DNA of 64,000 nt from Hyphochytrium catenoides (Eukaryota > Protista > Hyphochytriomycota): positions 62,001-126,000 of the forward strand of contig FLMG01004137.1 of the NCBI GenBank assembly GCA_900088475.1, in the 5' to 3' direction. The stretch's first letter is position 1. Each line of letters opens with the position of its first letter. Of the stretch, positions 51,501-62,875 are shown piece by piece. The translations under genes and the position numbers were made by a program. The notes under the pieces were generated by a model, which ran no database searches, had not been told where the DNA came from, and saw nothing but the letters and a program-made list of their open reading frames with translations.

Positions 51501-53357
51501 TCTGCCTCGTGCAAAGCCTAGAAGGCAAGCAAGTAGTTTGTTTAGATGAGAAAGCTCAGCCGTGAGTGACAATTGCTGAGAGTACCGTAAGTTCTTCCTG
51601 TCGCAATTGTTGTTGATTCTGTTTGAGGACGCGCAACCTCTGCTCCTGGCTTGATGTATCCAAGCTCTTTAGGACATTCTCCACCTGCTCCTGGCTGATG
51701 GGGTCACTAGAAACAACCTTCCCCTGCTTCTCTGAGGTAATCAACCGATAAGAACTTAAACTGGATTCGCCATTTGCATCGAGAAAACCATAAGGTAACA
51801 AGTGTTATAGGTACCTTCCAGAGTTGAAAGACGATCCGTAAGCTTCTTCTTTTCCTCTTCAAGACCCTTCTGCTTGTTCTTTAGATCTGCGACCATCTCA
51901 CCCAGCCCCTTAGCCAACTCGAGTTGCTGGTCCAGTAGTTGCCGTTTGTGCTGAGTCTAAATGCGTCACCTTAGTCTATACTTATATTACCTCCTAGCAC
52001 TTCCTCTATCTTTTCACCTGAAGAACACCGGAACCCTTGTTCTGCATGGTCTCTTTAACCTTTTCCTCTTGCTCGCGGAGTGTCTTTTCCTGATGTGTCG
52101 TCCCATTAGGAATTTACAAGGATCACCTGTGACCCCTACTCGCTAACCTTCGTCATGACTTCGTCTTCCAGTTTCCCTATGGAGCCCATGATTTCTCTCT
52201 CCTTAGCGAGAAGCTCTTCCTTTTCCTTTTGTAAGTCCATGAGTTTCTTCTTCTTCACGGTCTCTATCGACCCTAAGCTATCCTGGAATTGGGAATCAAT
52301 CAATTACCGTCAGACTAGAAGTACGAACCCACAACGTCCTAATAGCCTAATAGAAGTTTTAGGGACTCCGTTATGCTTCAGTGCTTCTAAATCTTGCTCT
52401 ACACGCGAGATTAATACTCTCTTCCAGGGCTCTCCTGATCCTACCGCTTCTATGGATGCTAACGCCTCCTGAATCTTCTCCCTCTCCATACGAGCGCGCA
52501 GCTCGTTCTCTTTCTTTTTCTCGAGGTCCATCATTATCCGCTTGATTGCTTCATCATCCTGGACGAAAGAGGAAATGGGACTTTCAGCAAGCTACGATCT
52601 CCGTAAGCACCTCCGAACGGCTAACCTCCTTCTTCTTCATTCTAGACTGCTGCTGGTTGATTTTGAGCTGCTTGGCCTTTTCCGCCAACTCCAGTTCCCT
52701 CTGCTTTGTGATCTTCATCCTAGATGATTCACAACGTCATTTCCAAGGCTATCTTTTAAATGGCAGTAGTACATGCTATTGGGCTTACTTTAGGGCACTG
52801 AGTGCCATTTCGTTTTGCATGATGCCGTTTCGCATCGCCTCGAGGCTTAGCTTGCCAATTTCAGGATCTTCCACTCGCTCATTCAAATAACTCTGGACGT
52901 CCTCGAAGGTCAGAATCTTTCCTTCTTCCTGCAAATCGCCTTTAGCTTATCTATCTTCTGAAGCTCAATGATGCCCTGTGTCACCTTTCTTACCGCATCG
53001 ACACCTGTGAGAGTCTTCTGAAGTGCGACCGGATCGTAATAACTGCTGTTGACACAGAACTAAGAGGTTGCGTCAGAAGTGATGAGCACTTTTCAACACA
53101 GTGGGAAGCGAGAGAAGGCGAACCTTCTGCTTGTGGTTGGCAAGTTCTTCGGCCGACGGGAATACCATGTGACAATCTCTAGTAGATGGACGTGAAGGGA
53201 TGAGCAAGTGGCAATCATAAAGTAAACGTCATGGTAACTACCTGCAAGAGTTTTCCACAAACGTGTTCGAGCTCGAAGTGGTCATGCCCAACGCATCAGA
53301 GGCTTGCCTGGGTGAGCCTCCTTTGGTAGAGGATGTTCTCGAACCTCTTCTATCCAT
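42572..53357 (-). CDS. Very large CCDC17-like protein: N-terminal C2HC finger, coiled coils, Pro/Gln-rich linker and several C2-like beta domains; many exons
   Basis: Spliced N-terminus CRDCHMVFPSAEELANHKQKFCVNSSYYDP. Then E/K/Q-rich exons, PYNFEEGFNIYWDYVLDLP, MGWAVVDLF..GRFKVPV, GFDIYVDGCRYLPDNTTVT, LFKVIYSLHPPGSYY, VAWGVLPIF..GAYQLPL, ending EVNKWFMKETGITHYTL*. The family assignment is from recall. Confidence 0.72.
47280..47321. repeat. 21-bp in-frame tandem duplication encoding RKGSESM twice in the CCDC17-like gene
   Basis: catactctcgcttccctttct occurs twice in tandem. Confidence 0.88.
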
Positions 53358-54218
53358 GGTTGCTGCTTGTTTGCTAGTAACACTTGATTTCGCACTCGCC
53401 ACGTTCACTAATCTCAGTCTATCCCATCGTGTATTCAACCTGATAGCGGAACTGGGCTCGCAGTAGCCTAACCACCAGCTCCAGCTGAATCTATCCTGGC
53501 GAAGTGTCTCCGCAAAGTGGAGACTGCAGGGAGCTCATTTCCGTAACTTAGACTATTCCTGCATGAAGCGAGGCGCCATTCGCTTGAAACAATATTGAAG
53601 CCTGACGGTGACAGAAGCCATTCCCTAAAGTCTTCTCGCTTTGAGTTCTCAGTGTGACGGGTGCTAACAGGTCTATTGGGCTATTTGGTCCAGTCGACGT
53701 GCACCTGCGAATCAGCGCTACTCCGCTCGCCTCAGTTCGCCATCACTTGTTCGTCCTGTTCCATTCTCCACAAGCGCTGTCCGCTTGATGTTTATTAGCC
53801 TGTAAACAGAGCTGTCAATGGATTTCTAGCGCTTACAATTGATTGCCACCAAGGCGAGGAATGACCTTTCCCAACTATGAACTACCAATCCCTTCTTATC
53901 CCTGAAAGGTTTCCAGGAAAGAAATTACGGAACTTTAGGCCTTACATCACACTAACGAAAGGGGATGATAAAAAGAATTCAACCAAGTGAAGCCTTCGAA
54001 ATCTTCCCGTTCCTGGGGGAAGAGAGGGGAACAATCAGAAGTGAAAGTAACGCCTTCCCACAAAAGTCTCTTCATGAAGACGCGATGAGCTCTAATAACA
54101 TTACCTAGACTCCTGCTTTCGTAGCTCGCTCCATCCTCCCAGGCACCCAGCAAGCGCCAAGATTGCGGAGCCACTAAAAGACCATGCGAACAGTGAAAGC
54201 GTGCAAGGATATTGCAAG

Positions 54219-55372
54219 ATGACGGAGCCATCTCTGCCAAACGGTCCGACAAGTACGGTCTCGGAAGGCCAGCGTGGGCTGAATGAGATACTTGCATCCG
54301 CGAAAGATAAGGGCGAAAGAACACGCCATGGAAAGGCAGAAGGAGAAGGCCTGCGATGGAAACCAATATTTTTCCGGGCGATTAAGAATGGCGATCTTCA
54401 AGGTAGCGTTTCAAGCTCCTTGGCTCAAACTGTTTCACCTAATGTGCCAATCTGAAGCCGTCAGGGCCTTCGTTTACCAATATCCGAGCACCCTCTCTGC
54501 CCATTTTACAAAAGACATGGCTTCCTGGGAGCTGCAATGGGAAACTGTCTCCTGGTATGACCTAAGGCCTAAGACTCTAGTTGCTTTTGGATCAGACACT
54601 GCTAGAAGGTGACCAAGACTTTGCAGGAACCTTTTTATGGAGTCGACGCCTCTCTTTATAGCTAGTGCATTCTCACAGCCTAGCATCGTCAAATGGCTGT
54701 TAGAACGGGGAGCTGATAGAGAGAAGGGCTGTTACTTGCAGCTCACACCACTCAAAATAGCGGGAGAATGCTGCAAGGATGAGTATAGGACGATGAAAGC
54801 GAAGGAGTTTCTTAGGGCTCCAGCAAGAGGTAAGGGATAGGCCCAATGTTAAACTCCGATCCGGATAAGGACTAATGCGGCTTCTTCAGTACCTGAACCC
54901 CCGGATTCCCTGAGCTTTGCCTACCAGCTCACAACTGAGCGTATCGTGGAGGAGATTAGAGTTCCTGCAGAAGGTTCGTGTCGTCTCGCAGCTTTAGTTG
55001 TCCTGGCGCGACTTACAACTTCATCTGACAGGCGGTAGCTCAGAGGGGGCCATAGTCCCAAAGCTCGAAGCGCGACTAGTAAAAAGTTGCATAGCACGCG
55101 TTTCCTGGGAGGCTCCCAACTCCAATGGAGCGTTGATAAGCTTATACTATGTTCGCTACCGTCAAGTAGAGATCAAATCTGAGGATGGGAGGACGGAGAA
55201 TGAGGGACAGTGGAAGAAGCTCCAATCGACGCATGCATCTGTATCCCACATCCAGTACATAGATCTCCAGGCCCTAAGGCCAAACACCTCCTACCAGGTG
55301 ACTGCTTGTTCACAGAATGCTGTTGGCATAGGGGAATGGGGTCTTGTGCAGACATTCACTACCCCTGCATAA
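54219..55372 (+). CDS. Ankyrin-repeat plus fibronectin type III domain protein; multi-exon
   Basis: Ankyrin-like IFFRAIKNGDLQ and TPLFIASAFSQPSIVKWLLERGAD. FN3: PEPP..., VSWEAPNSNGALISLYYVRYR...LRPNTSYQVTACSQNAVGIGEW. Confidence 0.85.
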
Positions 55373-55456
55373 AAGGCGGATGGATGCCGCGCAGCAAGCT
55401 GTGTAAACAAAGATCCGTAGGTTGCTTGTCGCGTAGTTTATGTTAAGAAAATTCTA

Positions 55457-57600
55457 TTACTCTACATGCAGGAGGTGGCTCAGAAACTCTTTCAACAGCT
55501 CGTCCATCACAAGTCGAGCAGATTCGTCTCTTTGCGCCAACTGGTTTGCATGACCAGCGATGAACCTGAAACATGCCAGGGTCAGCTCTGGTGGACCCTG
55601 TGAGACGGCTTGTTGAAAGATGTTGTTGATGTTGTCCGAAGTGAGCTTCATAGCAAGGAGAAGCGAGAGTTTACGGACTTGTTGGGAAAACTTCAGCTTA
55701 ACAGCCACCTGAAGTAGATGAAGCAGTGAGGCGGAGGTACCGGCATCTAAGAGTTGTTCGCTTAGACAGTTGTCTGAGTAGATAAACTTGAAAAGTCTCT
55801 CGACAGCGAGAGGATCTCCATCTGGCATTGATACTTCTCCTGAGGTGTCCTTTGGTGCCTCCGAAGATAAATAAACGCGTGACATGTGGAAGCAGAAGCG
55901 TTCTCTATTTGGCCCAACAAAAACGGCCAAATCTGTTGGGGTCGTCGCAAGCACACCAGTGTCCTCCAATAGGGCCTTCTCTTCAGCTGCGGACATACCG
56001 CCAACATTCATTTGGACGAGCGGAAGTATGGCTGAAAGAAACTCTCCCACAGCAGTGGGTCCAGCGCCTCTCATCCTAAGCATGTCTAATATCGAGTCTA
56101 AACCTCCCTCTTCCGCGAACAAGGTCCGTAGTTTTGGAGCCCCAAAGCTAAGGTACACCAGAGCCACAGCTATGTTAATGCGGAGACTTTCGTTACCTTC
56201 CATATTCAATGTTCTCATCAGCAGGTGGAGCACGGGACCTCTGATGCTGTCACGTAGCTTCTTCACCACCCCCGTGGCCAGGCTAGCGAGTTGTTGATGC
56301 GGCGATGCATAGTAGGAGTATAGAGTCGGCACACAGCCCTGCTCTATAACTGGCAATAGAGCTTCGCCATCGCCTTCCAGCAGCTGGTTTAGACAGTCGA
56401 TTGCGGCAGAAGAGACTTCTTCTAGGGAGTGGCTAACCAACTTGGTTACCTTCAATAAGCATCCCGACCTGCGCAAATGGCTGAGGATGCTTCCGCTATG
56501 GCTCAGGCTGGCGTTTAGTACCTTCTGCATCGAGATAACTGCAGCTGCCTGTATATCCAGAGACTCGGATTTTAGGGCATTCACTATCAAATCTAGACCA
56601 CCCCTTCTATGAAGGTCCCTACTTATGGCGGACTCCGCGACTGCACAAAAGGCAAGCGCGGTGAGCGCGTGCTCCACCATGACTAAGCGGTCAGTGTCAT
56701 TTACAGGGTCACTGAGAGAGTCCTACGGAAATGGAACTACTAAATCAGAGAGGACCAAAGTGGCAAAGGAACGTGCGTTGAGCAATAAATCATACCTGCT
56801 TCTCCATTGATCCTACTGCCAGAGCTTCCTTGCCAGTGGTGATTAGTGTGGGCCACAGATTCTTATCGACAACCTCTTTGCAGAATGACATGTCTGCCTC
56901 ACAACCGTTTGCGATGGCAGCCAATGCATATTCCTGAATTTGACCTTTTCGGCTTAAGAGTGAGAACAGTGTCTGGACACCCCCAGCACTAACCACCTTC
57001 TGGGTAGTTGGCGGACTACCGTACATTAGACTTCCAACACTGAGAGTCGTCGCTGAGATTAGAATGTCGTCATTCATTGGCATTGAATGAGATGAAGCTT
57101 GAGCCAGATTATCGCATAGTGAGTCCAAGATGCCAGTTTCATTGAGCAACTGCGGAAGGTCTACGGACATAAAGGTGAGCAGGGCAAATAGAAGACAAGA
57201 CTTAGTCGAAAGAGGTTCATACCGCATTGACTTCTGGGCAATCTAGCTATATATTCATCTGCCAGGGTAGCAAAGGCTGCTATGGTTCCCGTGGAACTAG
57301 CCTTGAGGACAACATCATCACTGTCTAAAAAGTTCTTCAGCTTGTGCCATAGTTGTGGCGTCTGGCTTGCGAGAACACTGGCTGCAAACTACCATAAGTC
57401 AGAGCGTTTGTCAGCCCATTTCTGGATGAAGGCCGCAACAGCGCGACACCAACCTCTTCCTTGCTCTGAACCGCATTTGATAAAATTAGAGCTGCATTCT
57501 CCGCTACGCCGGGCTTAGCTGATCTCAGGAGCTGCAGTGCTTGCTGAATACCACCGATGCGAAGAAGGTCTCGCTCTATATCTGCCACGGTTGGCAACAT
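55457..57600 (-). CDS. Armadillo-repeat protein with C-terminal BTB/BACK-like domain
   Basis: Repeated ARM turns (GGIQQALQLL, GGVQTLFSLL, GGLDLIVNAL, GCVPTL, GGLDSILDML), then BTB-like TDLAVFVG..FCFH..EVSMPDGDPLAVERLFKFIYS and LTSDNI. Confidence 0.82.
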
Positions 57601-58487
57601 GTTGTCTGCTATGAATGACAGGGAATGAAGCAAGCATATCCTTCCGCCACCGCCGGCTGGCCGCAGGTAGTATGAGAAGCTTACTACTGGCCGACTATGT
57701 AGAACGGCTAATGTGGACTAAATGAAGCCAATCCTCGCTTTGTTTGCGGAAAGGGAAGGGTTGCTACAGTACAGTCCTGGCATGTGCTCAACAACTATGA
57801 CACTGGCCAAAGTCTGCAGCAAGAAGTCCTTTGATGAGCGGGAGGGTCTTATTGTCACAGAGCCGCTAACGGTGAATGAATGTAACGATCAAGACATCAC
57901 TTCGTTGTGGCAGTTCTCCAGGTCGAAGCAACAGAACAGTAGAACTAAAATAAGGCCCTAATAAGGCCTTACAAGTACTTGTAGAAGTATTACCACTCTT
58001 TGGCAAACATTTCCGCGACCTCAATCAGAACGTGGTTCTGTTTCTACTACTGTAAGGCCTTAACCTTAAGTAGGACTCGCAATGAGGCCGAAGGGATGAT
58101 GGATTTAGAAAATGCTTTCCGTAGATTGGATTTCGGTTGGTTGGATGATTGTTATTGGAAGACGTCGAAAATCATTCTCGAGTGTGATAGCAAAAGATAT
58201 GGAACAAGAGGAAGGTGGGCAAATGGCTCTGAGAGGAGTACGCAAAAGGGGCCTTCAAGAAGGCTGGGAGAGGTGAATGAAGTGGAGGCAAACGCTCTCT
58301 ATTATGGGCGGTGGGTTATCGGTCATGAGCCAGGAGCTTTCAACTCCGGTTCCCACAATCTGTTCGTCCCTCTAGTCAGCAAGACCTATTTCTCTCTCGT
58401 GGCAGAACTCGTATCTGAAAAACACATCAGCACACAACAACAGCTAGCAAGCACTGGTTCTTCATCTACGGCTAGTGAAAAGGAGGC

Positions 58488-61258
58488 ATGCCGACGACTG
58501 CTTTTGTTAAGGCTAAGACTTATGGCGCGAGACCCTCATCAAGTCCCAGAAGAAGCGCTGTTTTGCAAAAGTGCTCCCAGAAGGTAAAGACGGACACCGA
58601 CACAGTGACCGAGGTGCAAGCTCTCTCAGTTGTAAAAAATATGTAAGTTACATAACGATGAAGACAGCGAGGCTGCACTCCACTCTGATGAGATTATCTG
58701 CCTGCAGACTACGGCTTTCGGTATCCGAGATTTGTTACCTACGAAGTACGTTTCGCACAATATTGGTGCATCCCTTCCATGGCTAATAACATGACGTGGG
58801 GCGGCTGCCGGTTTAGATGTTTTTCCAGAGAAAGTGTTTGCAGAGAAGAATTACGCAGGCATCGTTGCGCGCTGCCTTCAGCCCATTAAGAAAAATTCAG
58901 ACGAAACTGATGGACCATCAATAGTGCTGGTGTGATTTGGATTACAATCCAGGCAAAATGCAGGAAATAGGGCTTCTTATCTATGCTCTCTGTACAATGC
59001 TCTTCGTAATGTGCAGGATGTTGACGCTAAAGCTCTGACGAAGTGGATGGAGGAAGGAGGTAGGTTGAGAAAGGAGCTATCAACCCTCTTCAATACCTTA
59101 CCTAGGCTCTCTCTCGTCAACAATATTATAGTTTTCGAGGCCCTAGAGCATCGCTATCTGGAGGTTAGCCGTAATTTTTCTTGTGGAGGAGTTTATACCT
59201 TCTTGGTCGTATCCGTCGCGTACCCTCCTTGTCACAGGCAATGGTCTTTGAAGTTTATGAACTCCCGGACCTTGACCCCAAAGAGATCTCAAGACTGAAT
59301 GCTGTGAAACGAGAGAACAGATCCAGATCTGTACATCTCTTGCCCAGGACTCTGGTAGAGAGGTATCTCGGTGTTGAAGTATACTCTCTTGCCCAGCTTA
59401 TAAACGTCCCAACAGTTACGAGTTCAAGGTTTCATATCCAGAGCAAGGACAATGGAAGATGCATGCCACCTTTTCTTCTTCACAAGAGGGGTTCTCTCAA
59501 GGGTCAACCTTTAGCACAGCCGCGGGTCTCAAGAATCAAGCCATTATGTTGATGCGGAATCTGATTGCGCTAACAAAGAATCTGGATCCGCTCCCAGTCA
59601 ACAGGTATACAAGACGGCGGCATCGAGAAGCCGAATAGGCGCACCAACTAACCTTAGATGCTCTTTCATGAAGGTTACTATCGATGAAGCTCTATTACTT
59701 CGACGACAGGGTACCAGAGGACTTTCAGCCCAAACATTTTGAGCTTTGCTCTATCGAGGAGGCCCCTGGCGCAATGGAAAGCGTGTCCACGGACATACAT
59801 ATAGTCAGTGCCATAAGGGTTCAACAACAAAGACCACAAGCGGGCCTAGCGTTCTAACACTAGCATCTTCTTGTCGCTTAGGGCTCCCTCAAAAGCTGTC
59901 ACCAGGCGCTGGAGATCAGTCTGCACACATATGAAACGATCCCGCAAGGCCAAGCAGTAGCGACCAGCAGTAGAATGCAACCTTCGAAGCAATCCAACTC
60001 AGGTTCTATGGGACGTCCACCGTCACAGGCGGTTTGCGCCAGTGACGACGACACAGATGTCGATGTCTCGGTGCCTCTTGTTCACAAGAAGAAGGAGGAC
60101 ACAGCGAAGCTGCAAACTCTTTCAAGAGGCCTGGAAGATCTTGGCATCGCAGAGCAATCAAAGCAGGTGACTGATGTAGACCGTGTCGTTCGGTACGTCC
60201 TTGAGACAGGAACGGTTGTCAAACACAGGTCGGTTCGCATGGAAGAGACAAGTTAGTCCATCTTCTAATGTTTCGATGATAGGGTGGCCACCGGATGTGG
60301 TGTGAGGATGGTTCTGGTCAATCAGGCTTTTGACAAGGTACTGCACAATGGGTGCATGGCTCTTCTCTCCTCCCACCTTCCCACCACCCCTAAATAGTTT
60401 CTAACCTTTACTTCAGATGATGTCGAATGGCCTACTGAAAGGGTGCAAGGGCAAATTTCAGCTTCAAAATCCTCCCACTGTCGCTGGGAATTGCTCCATC
60501 GCTAAAGTTGAACCTCTAAACGTGGGGAATACCTCTCTGCCACGTAATGAATCAACGTCAGCCGATCCTACCGAGAGTAAGGAAACAGGGATTGCTGACG
60601 CGAACTTCGCACTGACCACTTCCGCATTGTGCAGAAGTGAAATGCTTCATCGAAACGCAGCCGATGTCTTCAAGGGTGTTCGTCGCCAAGACGGCTTCAA
60701 TTTTGAAACTCTCTAAGCACGTTGTGAGCAAGGCGTTCTCACAGTTGAAAGATGAAGGGATGCTCAAGAGTCCAAAAAGCCTCGGACAGGGGCATCTAGT
60801 TCTGAAAGGTTGGTTGCAGTAGCATCGTTCTCTTGGCAAGATCTTACCCTCTTCTGGCAGGACAACCAGCAAGAGCACGAGCTGGCGGTAGCTCCGCGTC
60901 CGTGGCGTCGGCGCGCCCATTGCCTCAAAGCACCAAAAGCACAGACAACGATCCCATTCTCACTCCAGAAAATAACTTCTCTCAACAGCCACTCTCGCAA
61001 ATAACAGACCAAACTAGCGGTAAGCTTTCGACTGACTCCATTAGCTTTACCTAGAAGTCTCTGACTAATATACATATTGAAGAAGGCCCTGCAACCGCGG
61101 CCTCCTGTGCAGTCGTCAAACCGGAACCTAGCCATCATGGCTATTTAAAGAGAAAGAAGTGTAGCGCTGTCATAGACCCTATTGTCCAGCAAGCAAGACC
61201 ACTAAAACAAAGCCGAAGGCAGCCACTGATGAAGCCCTTGACCGTTGGTCTCGTTTGA
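58488..61258 (+). CDS. HOP1: Meiotic HORMA-domain axis protein (Hop1/ASY1/HORMAD); multi-exon
   Basis: TEVQALSVVKN-LRLSVSEICYLR-VFPE, AKALTKWMEEG..FEALEHRYL, MLMRNLIALTKNLDPLP, LSMKLYYFDDRVPEDFQP. A long C-terminal region ends with a closure-like motif, unlike short Mad2 or Rev7. Confidence 0.9.
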
Positions 61259-61284
61259 AGAAGGAGGCTAAGGAGTTTATCGGC

Positions 61285-62242
61285 CTACGTCGGGACAATG
61301 TGGCAACTAATGGGTAGAGTTAGCCAGCGCACTTCTTCGCTTAACAGACAAGAATCAGGGACTTACCCTAATAAACCCCGACCGCTCCACTCCATAGGAA
61401 TAAGGGATAATTCATGAAAAGTATAATTTCCATCTTCTCCCAGCCGCTTCACGCGCACCTGGGAGAAATGCGAGAGTCATGGTTGTGCATGCAGAAAAAA
61501 GAAATCTGCTTTGGACTGAGCTTTATACCGGTATCCTGGTGTTGACGTTTCTTTTAACGACATCACCGACGGCTGCTAAGTTCCTATGGTTGCTGGCATC
61601 TATGCTACCGAATGCCAGGACTTGGTCATCTTGTTTCAGACCAGACGCTGCAGCTGGAGATCCTGCACGGCAGCCATGTTACAAAAAGCAGGATGTAGCA
61701 GAAGGGCAAACCCGCTGCTGCTATGGATGGACTAACCTTCGCTGACGGATCTAACAATAGCGAATGGAGTCATTGCTGTATAATCTTGGCTTTCACGTTC
61801 TCCCACTGTTAAGTCACTTCGGTTGCTTCTTTCCACTTGGCTCATAGGATGTGTGATCTTCAACTCGCTATGAACTCTACAGAGTGATGAAGACGATAAC
61901 TCAAAGGGGGCTTGTAAGAGACCTCAAGGGATCGACGTACTGTTCCAAACCCTTCTCTATCTTCGACATGAGCTCCTTGTAGTCAGTTTGCAAGCATGCC
62001 AGCCTGTGCCGCTTCAGTCGGACACTATAGACGTCTATGTCAGCCCTCGGAAAGCCCTCCTGGTCAACCAAATTGCCCTTGAGCCCTGGAGCAGGAGCAC
62101 CATTTAACCCTGGGGACGTCAGCTCCTCCGTGATGGCTTTGATCTCCGACTCCACATTCTCCCTTTCGGCGATCCACGCCTGTAGCTGCTTCCGTAAGCT
62201 ATTCTCATGACTTTGGGCGCCCAAGGGCTCTGGTGGTGACAT
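61285..62242 (-). CDS. PSMD9: 26S proteasome assembly chaperone p27/Nas2 (Nas2_N plus PDZ domain); multi-exon
   Basis: GLKGNLVDQEGFPRADIDVYSVR, TPFAIVRSVSEGSPAAASGL, IPMEWSGRGLLGCHIVPT*. Confidence 0.93.
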
Positions 62243-62875
62243 GGTAGAGAGTTCTCGATGGTTCGTTTGTCACGCAACCCAAGCCAAAAGTTGCGCTTCG
62301 ATTCCTCGTAATGCCTTAGTTCTATTGAAGCTTTGGAAAGCTCAAATGGAATCCTGCTTTGCCTCCGAACTGTGCAGCAACTTCTCATGATGAAGAGCCA
62401 TGATCTGAGCGCCAAGCTTTCAGAAGTCTGCAGTGTTATTTATTAGGGAGGTTCTGAGAGCTGTTCTGAGAGTGTGTAGACGTACTGTACATTTCTACGA
62501 AAACTAAATCCAAAAATAAGGGAGTTTTTTCTGCATTGACGATCAGCTGGTCCAGATCCTGTACTTTCGTTGCTCTAATAGTAACTGAAGTTCCGCTCCT
62601 CAGTGCGCACTCGAGCGCTATGCGCTGTGGGCCCATTGTTGGTTGTTGCGCTTTGTTGCAAGACGTCCAGCACGATCAGAATCATCTCATGTTATCTCAT
62701 AGTGTTTGGCGGGTAGTGGACTCGAACTTGCGGGCCTGGCGCTGCCTCATCGCCATTTATGTTTGACCTACCAACCGATCAGGGAGCAGGGGGCCTTTCA
62801 TGGCCATATTTGTAAGTCGGTCTCCAAACAAGGACTAGTGTGACCCCAGACGAGCCAAGGACATCAATTAAGGTC

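Noticed and set aside
58000-58587. 195-aa ORF upstream of and overlapping HOP1
   Set aside because: It has a non-ATG start and no recognisable motifs, and it overlaps HOP1 exon 1 in a different frame. It is probably promoter or UTR sequence.
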